A stretch of 64,000 nt of DNA from an uncultured Flavobacteriales bacterium (GCA_963716125.1 OY970294.1:3585396-3649395), one strand, 5' to 3'. Shown: positions 10,563 through 21,111, counted from the first letter of the stretch. Notes: a model not told the origin generated them from the letters alone. A program made the numbers and translations.

Positions 10563-11021
10563 ATGATAAAGAAATATGTTTTAACATTAATTGTAATTTT
10601 TCAATCAATTCTATTATTTTCTCAAAATAATCAAGAAATTGGAGAAACTACGCAACAAAAATTAAAATTCACTAATCCTCAAGCTATGATTTCCAAATAT
10701 ACTAAGGAAGGGAAAATAGAAATTGTAGAAGATTACAAAATCGGAGTACTAGTTGAAAAATATAATGTTTCCAAAAAAGATTTTGGCTACAGAATTCAGG
10801 TTTATTCAGGTTTATCGAGAACCGATGCTTTAAAAGCTCAAGGAAACTTCAATAGCAATTACAGAAAAATTTCCTCTTATTTAATATATCAACAACCTAA
10901 TTTTAAAATAAGAGTGGGTGATTTTGAGGATAGATTAGCAGTTAATGAGTTTTTTGAAAAAATGCTACCAACTTTTCCTGGTTCATTTATTATTCAAGAT
11001 GAAATCAATTTTCATCCTTAG
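10563..11021 (+). CDS. SPOR domain-containing protein (peptidoglycan-binding)
   Basis: 152 aa with a signal peptide. The C-terminal region (GYRIQVYSGLSRTDALKAQGNFNSNY...IRVGDFEDRLAVNEF) matches the SPOR domain fold pattern. Confidence 0.55.
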   Translation: MIKKYVLTLIVIFQSILLFSQNNQEIGETTQQKLKFTNPQAMISKYTKEGKIEIVEDYKIGVLVEKYNVSKKDFGYRIQVYSGLSRTDALKAQGNFNSNYRKISSYLIYQQPNFKIRVGDFEDRLAVNEFFEKMLPTFPGSFIIQDEINFHP

Positions 11022-12982
11022 TCGATTGAAATCACTTTAAATTCCGTTCTTCTGTTTTTCGCCTTTCCTTTAACAGTATTATTTGATGCTATCGGCTGAC
11101 TTTGGCCATATCCTTTAAAAGTTAATCTAGAACTAGATATGCCGTTCTTTATTAAATAGTTATAAACTTCTTTTGCTCTATTGGTAGATAAAGTATTATT
11201 TAGAGCAACGCTACCTTCATTATCCGTATGTCCTGCAATTTCGATAGAAAGGTTTTCATTTTTCTTTAAAAAGGTTACCAATTTATTCAACTCAGCCTTA
11301 GAATTACCTAACAATTCATACTCATTAGTGGCATAGAAAATATTTTTAAGGATTACTTTTTCTCCCACCTTAATCTTATCTAATTCAATATTCATTTTAT
11401 AAGGCTCATCTTCAGAAGCGTTCTCAATAGTAAAATTCTCAGAATAAAATAAGTACCCATCTCTAGAAACGTTCAAAGCATAATCTCTTGACAATGGTAA
11501 AGCAATTAAAAAACTACCATCATTAGGATCTGAATAAGATGCAATTACAGTTTCTTCTGTTTCCATATTAATCAATTCAAATTTTCCTAATAAAGGCTTC
11601 TTTGTTTCTGAATCAATTACTTTTCCTGCCAAATAACTCACTTGTTTTGGTTGTATAGATGGATCCAAAGCAAACTCATATAAATCCAAACCTCCATATC
11701 CGCCTTCACGATCAGATGCAAAATAAGCTTTTTGACCATCGGGAGAGATCAAAATTGAGTTCTCATTACCAAAAGTATTAATTGGATAACCTAAATTTTG
11801 AGGATTGCTCCAATTGCCGTCCTTATCTTTTCTACATAAATAAATGTCCAAATCACCCATTCCTGGATGTCCATCTGATGAAAAATATAAGGTTTGTCCA
11901 TCAGGATGAATAAAAACAGATTCTTCATTTTTAACAGTGTTTATATTCATTGGCAGTGGTTGAGGCATTGACCAATACCCCTCAGCATTTAATTCAGTAA
12001 CAAATATATCACTATGTGATTTTCCATTTTTTGGTTTAACTCTTCTGATAAAATAAAGAGTTTTCCCATCAGCGCTAAAAGAAGGTTGAGTTTCCCAAGA
12101 ACTAGAATTTACAGGCTTGCCGATATTTTCAGCTTTCAACCATCTTTGTCCAACTCTTTGTGAATAAAATAAATCACAGCTTCCATATCCTTTTCTTTCC
12201 GCACCATATTCTCCATAAAATTCACAAGCGGTAAATATTAATAATTTACCATCAGCCGATAAAGTAGGAGCTCCTTCATTATTCTCGGTATTAATTGGCT
12301 GTCCTAAATTTTGAGATTTTTCCCATTTACCATCGATTAATTTACTTACATAAAAATCTTCATTAAATTTAATGGGTGAGTCAGGAGCAGGAAGTTGACG
12401 AGTATATAATAAGGTAGAACCATCAACTGTAATACTCGGAAAATATTCAGAATAAGATGAATTTACACCTTCGCCCATATTTATTGCTTTAAAAGGTACG
12501 GGGTTTTTCATTGCCTCTAAAGCATATTCTATATTTACTAATCGATCTTGTGCATCGCTTCTCAACCGTGGATCGGCCTTTGGCAATAAAAGATATCTTT
12601 CAAAACCTTTCTTTGCATATTGATAATCACCTAATTCCATTGATAGTTGCGCAGCGAAAAATAAATTTAAGGTAGAAAATGAAGGATTAATATTAAGCGC
12701 TTTTTTGAAACTGCTTAAGGCTTTTTCTTTTTCTCTGCTATCTACATAAACATACCCCAACAAAGTGTGTGCTTCCACGAAATTAGATTCTTTTTCTAAA
12801 GCTTCTAATAATAAAGGAATAGCTAAATTAGGTTGACGATTTTTATAATTTTCGTTGGCCTCTTCAAATAATTTAATAGCTTTTTTATTGTTTATTGTAT
12901 AGTTAGTGCTTTGAGCAGAAATTTGCAAAAACGAAAACAATAAAAGTGAGAGAATTAAACTTGATTTTTTGAAAATTTCCAT
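11018..12982 (-). CDS. OmpA-family outer-membrane protein with TPR repeats and a TolB-like beta-propeller
   Basis: C-terminal OmpA/MotB peptidoglycan-binding domain (NIFYATNEYELLGNSKAELNKLVTFLKKN...GHTDNEGS...NRRTEFKVI), N-terminal TPR repeats and signal peptide. The start is taken at MEIFKK (12982); the ORF-track start is 13009. Confidence 0.8.
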   Translation of the reverse strand: MEIFKKSSLILSLLLFSFLQISAQSTNYTINNKKAIKLFEEANENYKNRQPNLAIPLLLEALEKESNFVEAHTLLGYVYVDSREKEKALSSFKKALNINPSFSTLNLFFAAQLSMELGDYQYAKKGFERYLLLPKADPRLRSDAQDRLVNIEYALEAMKNPVPFKAINMGEGVNSSYSEYFPSITVDGSTLLYTRQLPAPDSPIKFNEDFYVSKLIDGKWEKSQNLGQPINTENNEGAPTLSADGKLLIFTACEFYGEYGAERKGYGSCDLFYSQRVGQRWLKAENIGKPVNSSSWETQPSFSADGKTLYFIRRVKPKNGKSHSDIFVTELNAEGYWSMPQPLPMNINTVKNEESVFIHPDGQTLYFSSDGHPGMGDLDIYLCRKDKDGNWSNPQNLGYPINTFGNENSILISPDGQKAYFASDREGGYGGLDLYEFALDPSIQPKQVSYLAGKVIDSETKKPLLGKFELINMETEETVIASYSDPNDGSFLIALPLSRDYALNVSRDGYLFYSENFTIENASEDEPYKMNIELDKIKVGEKVILKNIFYATNEYELLGNSKAELNKLVTFLKKNENLSIEIAGHTDNEGSVALNNTLSTNRAKEVYNYLIKNGISSSRLTFKGYGQSQPIASNNTVKGKAKNRRTEFKVISID

Positions 12983-12998
12983 TCTATTTATATTGAAT

Positions 12999-13634
12999 TT
13001 AAGGTACATTTATAAATTTATGCGATTGAACTGAAATTGTCCATTCAGGATGATTTTTTACATATTCAATTATTTTGGGCAGCATTGTCTCAGATTTAGA
13101 CCACTCTACCTGCAAATATAGTTTGCAATTTTTATTTACTTTTTCCTTGTGACTTTCAGCCCATTTAAAATCGTCATTATTAAATATGATAACTTTCAAT
13201 TCTTGTGCCACATCATAATATTCGTCCAAAGGTGCTTTATTTTTTTTAGGAGATAAACAAACCCAATCAAATTGACCACTTAAAGAGTAAGCACCCGAAG
13301 TTTCTAAACAAATAGTTTTATTCAACTTTTTTAAAGCAGATGTAATTGGATTTAATTGGTACATTACGGGTTCTCCACCTGTAATCACCACCAAAGAAGA
13401 TAAACTACTTTTAGTTAAATCTGCAATATCCTTAACTGTATGTAATGGATGATTAGCAGCTTGCCAACTTTCTTTTACATCGCACCAATGGCAACCAACA
13501 TCACAACCACCAATACGTATAAAGTACGCTGCCTTACCTGATTGAAACCCCTCCCCTTGGATTGTATAAAAATGCTCCATTATCGGAAGCATTTCTCCTT
13601 TTTTTACTAAGGTATCTTGATCAATGGTGGTCAT
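12999..13634 (-). CDS. queE: 7-carboxy-7-deazaguanine synthase QueE-like radical-SAM protein
   Basis: The motif IGGCDVGCHWCDVKESW matches the short Bacteroidetes QueE family. The real start is the internal MTTIDQD (13634). The ORF-track N-terminal extension (to 13769) is just read-through of the tRNA-Pro gene. Confidence 0.7.
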   Translation of the reverse strand: MTTIDQDTLVKKGEMLPIMEHFYTIQGEGFQSGKAAYFIRIGGCDVGCHWCDVKESWQAANHPLHTVKDIADLTKSSLSSLVVITGGEPVMYQLNPITSALKKLNKTICLETSGAYSLSGQFDWVCLSPKKNKAPLDEYYDVAQELKVIIFNNDDFKWAESHKEKVNKNCKLYLQVEWSKSETMLPKIIEYVKNHPEWTISVQSHKFINVP

Positions 13635-13681
13635 AATAAATAAAAAAAATAAAAAGGCAGCAAAATGCCACCTCATAAATG

Positions 13682-13756
13682 TCGGGACGAGTGGATTCGA
13701 ACCACCGATCTCGCGCCCCCCAGACGCGCACTTTAACCGGACTAAGCTACGTCCCG
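13682..13756 (-). tRNA. tRNA-Pro (anticodon GGG), 75 nt, CCA not encoded
   Basis: Manual cloverleaf: acceptor CGGGACG/CGTCCCG with the bacterial tRNA-Pro hallmark C1:G72 and discriminator A73. D-stem GCTT/AAGT, anticodon stem CGCGT/GCGCG with loop CUGGGGG, T-stem GGTGG/CCACT with T-loop TTCGAAT. Confidence 0.9.
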
Positions 13757-13868
13757 AACTTGAGGACAAATTTAAATATCAAAAATGTAAAAATCTAACA
13801 AATTGTATATTATTTAAATTGATAAATTTGCGCTTTAAAGTTTTACTCATAAAATATAATTTTCTATA

Positions 13869-14828
13869 ATGTCGACTACACAAAACGATCAAAATAAAGA
13901 ACACGTTAAATGCTTAATAATAGGCTCAGGACCTGCGGGATATACTGCAGCAATTTATGCTGCTAGAGCAGATATGAAACCAATGATGTATCAAGGATTA
14001 CAACCAGGAGGTCAGTTGACAATTACCACTGAGGTAGATAATTACCCTGGATACCCTGACGGTATTAGCGGCCCTGAAATGATGATTAACTTTGAAAAAC
14101 AAGCGAAACGATTTGGTACAGATGTGCGATTTGGCATGATTACCGAAGTTGATTTTACAGGCCCTATCCATAAAGTAGTTGTGGATGGTAATAAAACAAT
14201 AACAGCTGACAGTATTATTATATCTACTGGAGCGTCGGCAAAATGGTTAGGAATTGAATCAGAACAAAGACTAAACGGCTATGGAGTAAGTGCATGCGCA
14301 GTTTGTGATGGATTTTTCTATAAAGGACAAGATGTAGCAATAGTTGGAGGTGGTGATACAGCAGCTGAAGAGGCTTCTTATTTGGCTAAATTGTGTACAA
14401 AAGTTACTATGCTCATTAGAAAAGATGAATTAAGAGCATCTAAGGCGATGCAGCATAGAGTGATGAATACACCAAATATTGAAATACTTTTTAATCATGA
14501 AACCAAAGAAATATTAGGTGATAAGGGAGTTGAAGGAGTTAGAGTATTTGACAACATAAAAGGAGAAGAAAAAACAATCCCTATCACCGGATTTTTTGTT
14601 GCTATTGGACATAAACCCAATACTGACGTTTTTAAAGGTTGGTTAGATATGGATGAAGTAGGTTATTTAAAAATAAAACCAGGCAGTTCTAAAACAAATA
14701 TTGATGGTGTTTTTGCATCAGGAGATGCTGCTGATAAAGTTTATAGACAAGCAGTTACCGCAGCAGGAACTGGTTGTATGGCTGCCTTAGATGCTGAAAA
14801 ATATCTAGCTGAAATAGGCATTCACTAA
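13869..14828 (+). CDS. trxB: thioredoxin-disulfide reductase
   Basis: FAD/NAD(P) Rossmann motifs (IIGSGPAGYTAAIYAAR, VGGGDTAAEEA) and the redox-active CAVCD motif. Confidence 0.9.
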   Translation: MSTTQNDQNKEHVKCLIIGSGPAGYTAAIYAARADMKPMMYQGLQPGGQLTITTEVDNYPGYPDGISGPEMMINFEKQAKRFGTDVRFGMITEVDFTGPIHKVVVDGNKTITADSIIISTGASAKWLGIESEQRLNGYGVSACAVCDGFFYKGQDVAIVGGGDTAAEEASYLAKLCTKVTMLIRKDELRASKAMQHRVMNTPNIEILFNHETKEILGDKGVEGVRVFDNIKGEEKTIPITGFFVAIGHKPNTDVFKGWLDMDEVGYLKIKPGSSKTNIDGVFASGDAADKVYRQAVTAAGTGCMAALDAEKYLAEIGIH

Positions 14829-14943
14829 AAGGCATACAACCATTTTGAATTAATTTTCGTCAATTAATTCGGGGAAATAGTTTAAAATCCTTAAAATTTT
14901 AATATTTTTATGCCCCATTGTATACATATATAAGATTTAAAAT

Positions 14944-17900
14944 ATGAAAAAATTATTTACTGTTTTAATTATTCTAGTTGGATTTATCACTTCTGCTAAT
15001 GCTCAAAATCCTGATTTGAAAGCTGTAGCAATTACATCTCCTACTTCAGGTTGTGATTTAAAGATTAATGAATTAGTTAAATTAAGAGTCCAAAATATTG
15101 GTAATACTACTATTAGTACTTATTATGCTTGTTACAACATAGATGGTGGTCCAGCCTTTTGTGATACGATTTATAGTGCGAGTATAATTCCCACAGCATT
15201 TTTAACGCATACATTTACAAATGGGGCAAATTTGTCTGCCATAAAATCCTATGATATAAAAGCTTGGGTTGAAGTAAGTGGAGATACGGCGCAATCTAAT
15301 GATACTACCACTTTTCAAGTGATCAATCAAGTTTTAACTTTCCCATTATTTGAACCATTTACATCATTTGCCTTAAATTCTTTAGGAAACTTTGATAAAG
15401 GTTATATAGGAACTCCAACTAGTACATCTGATTTTGCTTGGACTATTAAATCTACAGGCACTTCATTGACAGGACCCAGTATCAATCATACTGACACACC
15501 TGCAGTTTCTAGATTTTTAGCGGTTGACAATTCCAAAGGAAGTGTGAATAACTTTACTTATTTTACAAGTCCTTGTATAGATTTACAAGGGGTACCTATT
15601 CCTGCTTTAGAATACTGGTATCACATGTACGGTAATGATATGGGTAACTTATATATAGAAGCGAAAGGGAGTATATTTAATTCTTGGGTATTAATTGATT
15701 CAGTAATTGGAAAACAACAAACTAGTAAATTTCAGCCCTGGAGAAAAAAATCCGTCGGTTTAACTCAGTTTGCAGGTCAATTCGTCAATTTTAGATTTAA
15801 AGCACTTAAAACATCTGCCGGAAACAATGGAATGATTGCATTAGATGATATTGGTATCGTTTTCCCTGATTCAGGTCAAGCTCAATTAGCTGGTCCTGTT
15901 GGTTTGCAAGATGGTAGATGTAACTATAGCAATTGTGAGACTGTAAGGGTAAGGATTAAAAATGTAGGTAGTGATACGCTTAAATCTTTCACCGCTACTT
16001 ACCAAGTAGATGCTTTACCGATAGTCAGTCAAAATTTTTCGATTAACATTGCTCCATTTAAAACTAAAATAGTTACATTTACTCAATGCGCTGATTTATC
16101 AGCTTATAAAACATACAACATAGAATATAAAGTTTTAGTGAGTACTGATACAGATTCAACTGATAATGTATTTAATCAAACCATCACAAACATTTTACCA
16201 TCACCAGTTCCATTTTTTGAAACATTTGAAACGTTTACCACAGCCGGAAACACTAGTGGTAATCATGCAAAAGATTGGACTACAACAGTGGGAACCTATA
16301 AATGGACGGTAAAAAACGGTTCTACTCCATCTACAGGAACAGGACCAAGTAAAGATCATACCTTAAGTAATGCATCAGGCAAATACTTTTACACAGAAGC
16401 AGATAATGGATTCCCAGGTGAGGTTGCAACACTTACTTCTACTTGTTTAGATTTTAGAGCAGTTGTCGCTCCATATTTAAAGTATTGGTACCACCGTTTT
16501 GGTTTTGATATGGGTGATTTATATGTGGATGTAAATAAAGACGGTGAGTGGTTTACAGTAGATAGTTTAAAAGGAGAGCAACAGTCAACTAGTGGGGCTG
16601 CTTGGAAACAAAGAACCATCAGCTTGGATACAGCAAAACTTGCTGGTAAAAGTGCTAGATTGAGGTTTAGAGGACTCAGAGGGAATGGTTACGCAGGTGA
16701 TATGGCTTTAGATGATTTGTTCTTATATGATTTAACAGATTATGACGTAGGACCAGTTAATATGTCTAAACCAGATACTAATCAATATACTTGTTATACA
16801 AACAATCAAGAAGTTAAGGTAAGAATTCAAAACTTTGGAGCACTTCCATTAGATTTTACAGTTGATTCAGTTGATATTACTGTTTTTGTAACTAAAAATA
16901 GTTTGCCATGGGATACCGCGACTTATCGTTTAACTACTAACGCCTTTAATCCTGTAGCAGGAACACCATTGCAATCTGATAGATTTGCAGATGTAACATT
17001 TACAGGTTTTGATATGTCAACTATTGGAGATGATTACGGATTTACTATTGTTACCAACATGTTGTCTGGATTAGATACTGTGCCATTTACCGACACATTA
17101 AGACCAGCAAATATTATAACTAGAAGAACAGCAGGAACTGCTTTTGCAAGTTCAACTACAGTTTGTCAAGGAACGGCAGTTATTTTAAGTGATACTACTT
17201 TCTTTGGTCAAATTAAATGGCAAAGACAATCAGGCGCAAATTGGGTAGATGAATTTGGTCCAAATAGTGATTTTGAAACTTATGTTACTTTCCCAACTCA
17301 AGCAGTAAATGTTTATAGAGCTAAGGTTTGTGGAAATACTTTCTCAGCTCCAATAACTGTAAATGTAACTATAGTTCCTGCACCGGTAGTTAGAGGAGAT
17401 ACTAGTTGCGGACCCGGTATGCTAAATTTAACGTCAATTATACCGACAAATGCTCAAAATAATTTTTGGTATTCATCAATTAATGCAAGTGGTCCATTAT
17501 GGTTATCTGCTAATTATGACAGAAATTTAGCAGTAACTGATACATTTTATGTAGCTGCTAAAAAAGATTCATGTTTTTCTCCAAGAGTTCCAGTTATAGG
17601 TGTAGTTTCTCCAAATCCAAGAATTTCATTTAGTGGTTTGGATACTGTTATCTGTCCCGACACCTCTTATTACCTAAATGCAGGTGCACAATTAGGACTT
17701 AATCCTAACTATACTTGGAGAAGTAATGACTTAAATGTTAATGGAAGCACCTTGCAAACTATTGGTGTAGATCCTATTTATCTAAATCTGAAAACACGAT
17801 ATTACTATACGGTTGAAGTGAATACTTCCTTTGGTTGTCAAACTATATCTGATACAGCATGGGTTACAATAGATGATGATTCTTGTGGTGTAGGTTTTAG

Positions 17901-18162
17901 AGAGTATAATACATTAGGTGAAGTTAAATTGTACCCTAATCCAAACAATGGACAGTTTACAATTGAAATTAAAACTGATCAGTCTAATAATGCAGCTTTA
18001 CAAATCTTATCTATGCAAGGTAAGTTAGTGTATGAAGAAAACACTATAAATACACTAGGTTACACAAAAACAATTGACATTAGTAATCTTCCAAAAGGTA
18101 TTTATTATTTAAAATTAACTACCGACCTTGGAGTGGCTGTTGAAAAGATAGTCATCCAATAA
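14944..18162 (+). CDS. T9SS-secreted MAM-domain (meprin/A5/mu-like) surface protein with a type A C-terminal sorting domain
   Basis: 1072 aa with a signal peptide. It has repeated MAM-like blocks (…GMIALDDIGIV…, …GDMALDDLFLY…). The C-terminus (LYPNPNNGQFTIEI…GIYYLKLTTDLGVAVEKIVIQ) is a classic Por/T9SS CTD. Confidence 0.8.
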   Translation: MKKLFTVLIILVGFITSANAQNPDLKAVAITSPTSGCDLKINELVKLRVQNIGNTTISTYYACYNIDGGPAFCDTIYSASIIPTAFLTHTFTNGANLSAIKSYDIKAWVEVSGDTAQSNDTTTFQVINQVLTFPLFEPFTSFALNSLGNFDKGYIGTPTSTSDFAWTIKSTGTSLTGPSINHTDTPAVSRFLAVDNSKGSVNNFTYFTSPCIDLQGVPIPALEYWYHMYGNDMGNLYIEAKGSIFNSWVLIDSVIGKQQTSKFQPWRKKSVGLTQFAGQFVNFRFKALKTSAGNNGMIALDDIGIVFPDSGQAQLAGPVGLQDGRCNYSNCETVRVRIKNVGSDTLKSFTATYQVDALPIVSQNFSINIAPFKTKIVTFTQCADLSAYKTYNIEYKVLVSTDTDSTDNVFNQTITNILPSPVPFFETFETFTTAGNTSGNHAKDWTTTVGTYKWTVKNGSTPSTGTGPSKDHTLSNASGKYFYTEADNGFPGEVATLTSTCLDFRAVVAPYLKYWYHRFGFDMGDLYVDVNKDGEWFTVDSLKGEQQSTSGAAWKQRTISLDTAKLAGKSARLRFRGLRGNGYAGDMALDDLFLYDLTDYDVGPVNMSKPDTNQYTCYTNNQEVKVRIQNFGALPLDFTVDSVDITVFVTKNSLPWDTATYRLTTNAFNPVAGTPLQSDRFADVTFTGFDMSTIGDDYGFTIVTNMLSGLDTVPFTDTLRPANIITRRTAGTAFASSTTVCQGTAVILSDTTFFGQIKWQRQSGANWVDEFGPNSDFETYVTFPTQAVNVYRAKVCGNTFSAPITVNVTIVPAPVVRGDTSCGPGMLNLTSIIPTNAQNNFWYSSINASGPLWLSANYDRNLAVTDTFYVAAKKDSCFSPRVPVIGVVSPNPRISFSGLDTVICPDTSYYLNAGAQLGLNPNYTWRSNDLNVNGSTLQTIGVDPIYLNLKTRYYYTVEVNTSFGCQTISDTAWVTIDDDSCGVGFREYNTLGEVKLYPNPNNGQFTIEIKTDQSNNAALQILSMQGKLVYEENTINTLGYTKTIDISNLPKGIYYLKLTTDLGVAVEKIVIQ

Positions 18163-18183
18163 TGTAATTTAATATAAAGCTAA

Positions 18184-18220
18184 AACCCCATCCTCAAGTT
18201 TCTTGGAGATGGGGTTTTTT
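18184..18220 (+). terminator. rho-independent terminator hairpin followed by a T-run (AAAACCCCATCC…GGAGATGGGGTTTTTT)
   Basis: GC-rich inverted repeat plus a T6 tract directly downstream of the MAM-protein gene. Confidence 0.6.
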
Positions 18221-18247
18221 ATTTCTTCTAAAAATTAGAAAAGTTTA

Positions 18248-19966
18248 TTAAGAATTAGCCAAAATTTTAATGTCTTTTAAAACTAATTGAATTGACTTTT
18301 TACCGCGCCATTCATTTTCTTCAATTACATAAGCCACATCAAAAGTAGAATGAGAAATATCTTCTATGAAATGAGCCATTTTAAAACCAATTGAATCAAA
18401 TTTTACACTTTCATCTTTATCCGTAAGCGTAACTTTTAAATGATTCTCTCCCACAATTCTCGATATTCCACTTACTTTAACACCTTTGCTGATAAATATA
18501 GGCCTCATATTTAAAGGACCAAATGGAGCAAACTGTTTTAAAATCTTATAAAAAGAATCATTAATCTGATTTAACTCTAAAATTCCGTCAATTTCAATTT
18601 CAGGCCTTAATTGGTCTTCTGTGATATGACTACTCACATATTTTTCAAAAGCGGCTGTAAAACTTTCAATTTTTTCAACTTGCATGGTTAGTCCTGCAGC
18701 ATACATATGCCCACCAAATTGCTCCAAATGCTCGCTGCAAGCATCTATTGCATTATAGACATCAAAACCCTTAACTGATCTTGCAGACCCACTTGCTTTA
18801 CCATTTGATTCTGTTAAAACAATGGTTGGTTTATAATAATTTTCAATTAATCGAGAGGCTACAATTCCAATAACCCCTTTGTGCCAGTTTTCACTGAATA
18901 AAACAGTACTTCGCTTTTTTATTAATTCAGGATTAGACTTAATTTGATTTAAAGCTTCTTCCGTAATCAATTTATCTAATTCTTTTCTGTCTGTATTGTT
19001 TTCGTTAATACCCACACAGACTCTTTCCGCATCTACTATTGAATCTGTAATTAATAAATCAACTGCTCGCAAACCAGACTCTATTCTTCCAGCTGCATTT
19101 ATTCTAGGAGCTATTGTAAAAACCACATCCGTAATAGTCAGTTCCTTTTTATTGATTTGAGAAGACTGAATCATTGCTTGAATACCAGGACGCGGACTTG
19201 AGTTTATTTTAATCAAACCAAAATGCGTTAAAACTCTATTTTCTCCAGTAATTGGAACAATATCAGCTGCAATACTTACCGCCAATAAATCAAATAGTTT
19301 TTCTAATTCAGTAAAAGGGATATTGTTTTTAATACTATAAGCTTGCACTAACTTAAAACCAACCCCACAACCGCTTAATTCCTTAAATGGATAATTGCAA
19401 TCTTTACGTTTTGGATCTAAGACTGCAATAGCTTCCGGCAATTTATCTCCAGGGCGGTGATGATCACAAATTATAAAATCAACACCTTTTTTGTTAGCAT
19501 AAGCTACTTTATCAATTGCCTTGATACCACAATCTAATGCAATTATTAGTGCATAACCATTATCAGCTGCATAATCAATTCCTTGGAAAGAAACTCCGTA
19601 ACCTTCTGCATATCTATCAGGTATATAATAGGATATGTTTCTATAATGATTGATTAGAAAAGAATAAACCAATGAAACCGCAGTAGTACCATCCACATCG
19701 TAATCACCATAAATTAATATTTTTTGATTTTTCGAAATAGCATCTTCTAGTCGATTTACCGCCAAATCCATATCTTTCATTAAAAATGGATCATGAATAT
19801 GAGATAAGGAGGGTCTAAAAAAATCTTTGGCTTTGTCAAAAGAATTTATACCTCTGTGATATAGAATTTCACTCAGAGTAATATCTAAATTATTTAGTGA
19901 TTTGGAAAAATCTTTTACTAAATCTGAATCTATTTTTTTATTTTCTCTCCAGTGTATTTCATTCAT
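18248..19966 (-). CDS. recJ: single-stranded-DNA-specific exonuclease RecJ
   Basis: DHH/DHHA1 phosphoesterase motifs (GDYDVDGTTAV, ICDHH). Confidence 0.9.
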   Translation of the reverse strand: MNEIHWRENKKIDSDLVKDFSKSLNNLDITLSEILYHRGINSFDKAKDFFRPSLSHIHDPFLMKDMDLAVNRLEDAISKNQKILIYGDYDVDGTTAVSLVYSFLINHYRNISYYIPDRYAEGYGVSFQGIDYAADNGYALIIALDCGIKAIDKVAYANKKGVDFIICDHHRPGDKLPEAIAVLDPKRKDCNYPFKELSGCGVGFKLVQAYSIKNNIPFTELEKLFDLLAVSIAADIVPITGENRVLTHFGLIKINSSPRPGIQAMIQSSQINKKELTITDVVFTIAPRINAAGRIESGLRAVDLLITDSIVDAERVCVGINENNTDRKELDKLITEEALNQIKSNPELIKKRSTVLFSENWHKGVIGIVASRLIENYYKPTIVLTESNGKASGSARSVKGFDVYNAIDACSEHLEQFGGHMYAAGLTMQVEKIESFTAAFEKYVSSHITEDQLRPEIEIDGILELNQINDSFYKILKQFAPFGPLNMRPIFISKGVKVSGISRIVGENHLKVTLTDKDESVKFDSIGFKMAHFIEDISHSTFDVAYVIEENEWRGKKSIQLVLKDIKILANS

Positions 19967-19980
19967 AATTCAAATTTAAT

Positions 19981-20427
19981 TTATTCTTCTATGGAATCCA
20001 TTTGCTTGTCGTTAAAAATTTCAGGATTGTTTTCGGTGGGAATAAATATACATTCGATCAAAACTTTTGCAACACCTGCATGTAATAAATCAATTTCTTT
20101 AGCAGCAGCTCTGCTTAAATCTATAATTCTATTTTTTACAAAAGGCCCTCTATCATTTATTCTCACTAATACAGATTCATAATTATTCAAATTGGTTACC
20201 TTAACTAAAGTTCCAAATGGTAAGGTTCTATGTGCAGCAGTATATTCGGAATTTTTAAAAATCTCCCCATTGGAGGTTTTTCTACCTTCAAACATTTTTG
20301 CATAATAGGAAGCCCTGCCTTTTTCCATGCAGTTGGATAGACTATCTTGTGCTTTAATTTGAACAGAAAGCAGAAAAATTGAAATAAAAATAGAAAAACT
20401 GATAAATTTTGTATTTTGGTTTTTCAT
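19981..20427 (-). CDS. rlpA: RlpA-like septal-ring lytic transglycosylase family lipoprotein (double-psi beta-barrel)
   Basis: RASYYAKMFEGRKTSNGEIF…LPFGTLVKVTNLNNYESVLVRINDRGP pattern. The start is taken at the internal signal-peptide Met MKNQNTKFISF (20427); the ORF-track start 20496 would overlap the divergent cysH-like gene. Confidence 0.7.
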   Translation of the reverse strand: MKNQNTKFISFSIFISIFLLSVQIKAQDSLSNCMEKGRASYYAKMFEGRKTSNGEIFKNSEYTAAHRTLPFGTLVKVTNLNNYESVLVRINDRGPFVKNRIIDLSRAAAKEIDLLHAGVAKVLIECIFIPTENNPEIFNDKQMDSIEE

Positions 20428-20448
20428 CTTGACTAACTTTGTAAGACT

Positions 20449-21111
20449 ATGAAGATAGATATAAATCCGATTAAAAACAAAATTGAGGCTTATCAAAAAG
20501 AGGGGAAAAAATTATTCTTAACGTCATCTTTTCAAACACACAGTATTCCTTTGCTTCACATAATCAGTAGAATTGATAATAAAATTCCCGTATATTATTT
20601 AAATACAGGGTTCTTATTTCCTGAAACTATCTCTTTTAAGGATGAGTTAGCAAAAAGTTTGAATCTAGAAATAATTGCTTTAAGTTCAGCGGTAACCAAA
20701 ATTAATCAAATGGATGCAGAAGGGAAATTATTGTATTCTTCAGATCCTGATTATTGTTGTTTTTTAAATAAAACTCAACCAATGGAACCTATTTTAGCTA
20801 ATTATGATGTTTGGATTAATGGAATTAGAGCTGAACAAAGTAGTATTAGAAAAAATATGAAAGAAGAGCAATTGGCAAAATTTGGTTGTTTACGCTATCA
20901 TCCCATTTTAAACTGGGATAATAAAATGATTTATCAATACCGCAAAGAATTTGACTTACCTGCTCATCCACTTGAAAAAGAAGGCTACTTAAGTATTGGA
21001 TGTGCTCCTTGTACTCGAAAATATATTAATTCAGCCGATGAAAGAAATGGGAGATGGTTTGGCATGAATAAAACTGAATGCGGACTTCACACAGATTTAA
21101 CTTCAAAATGA
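20449..21111 (+). CDS. cysH: phosphoadenosine phosphosulfate (PAPS) reductase family protein, CysH-like
   Basis: PAPS-reductase fold signature (SSFQTHSIPLLHII…, C-terminal ECGLH motif). Confidence 0.75.
   Translation: MKIDINPIKNKIEAYQKEGKKLFLTSSFQTHSIPLLHIISRIDNKIPVYYLNTGFLFPETISFKDELAKSLNLEIIALSSAVTKINQMDAEGKLLYSSDPDYCCFLNKTQPMEPILANYDVWINGIRAEQSSIRKNMKEEQLAKFGCLRYHPILNWDNKMIYQYRKEFDLPAHPLEKEGYLSIGCAPCTRKYINSADERNGRWFGMNKTECGLHTDLTSK

Noticed and set aside
12999-13769. ORF-track N-terminal extension of the QueE-like gene (MSSSSGRSLVRLKCASGGREIGGSNPLVPTF…)
   Set aside because: Residues 1-45 are simply the translation of the tRNA-Pro gene (13682..13756) on the same strand. The real start is the internal Met at 13634.
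13624-13869. 81-aa plus-strand ORF
   Set aside because: It overlaps the tRNA-Pro gene antisense and the QueE start, and has no coding signal. Spurious.
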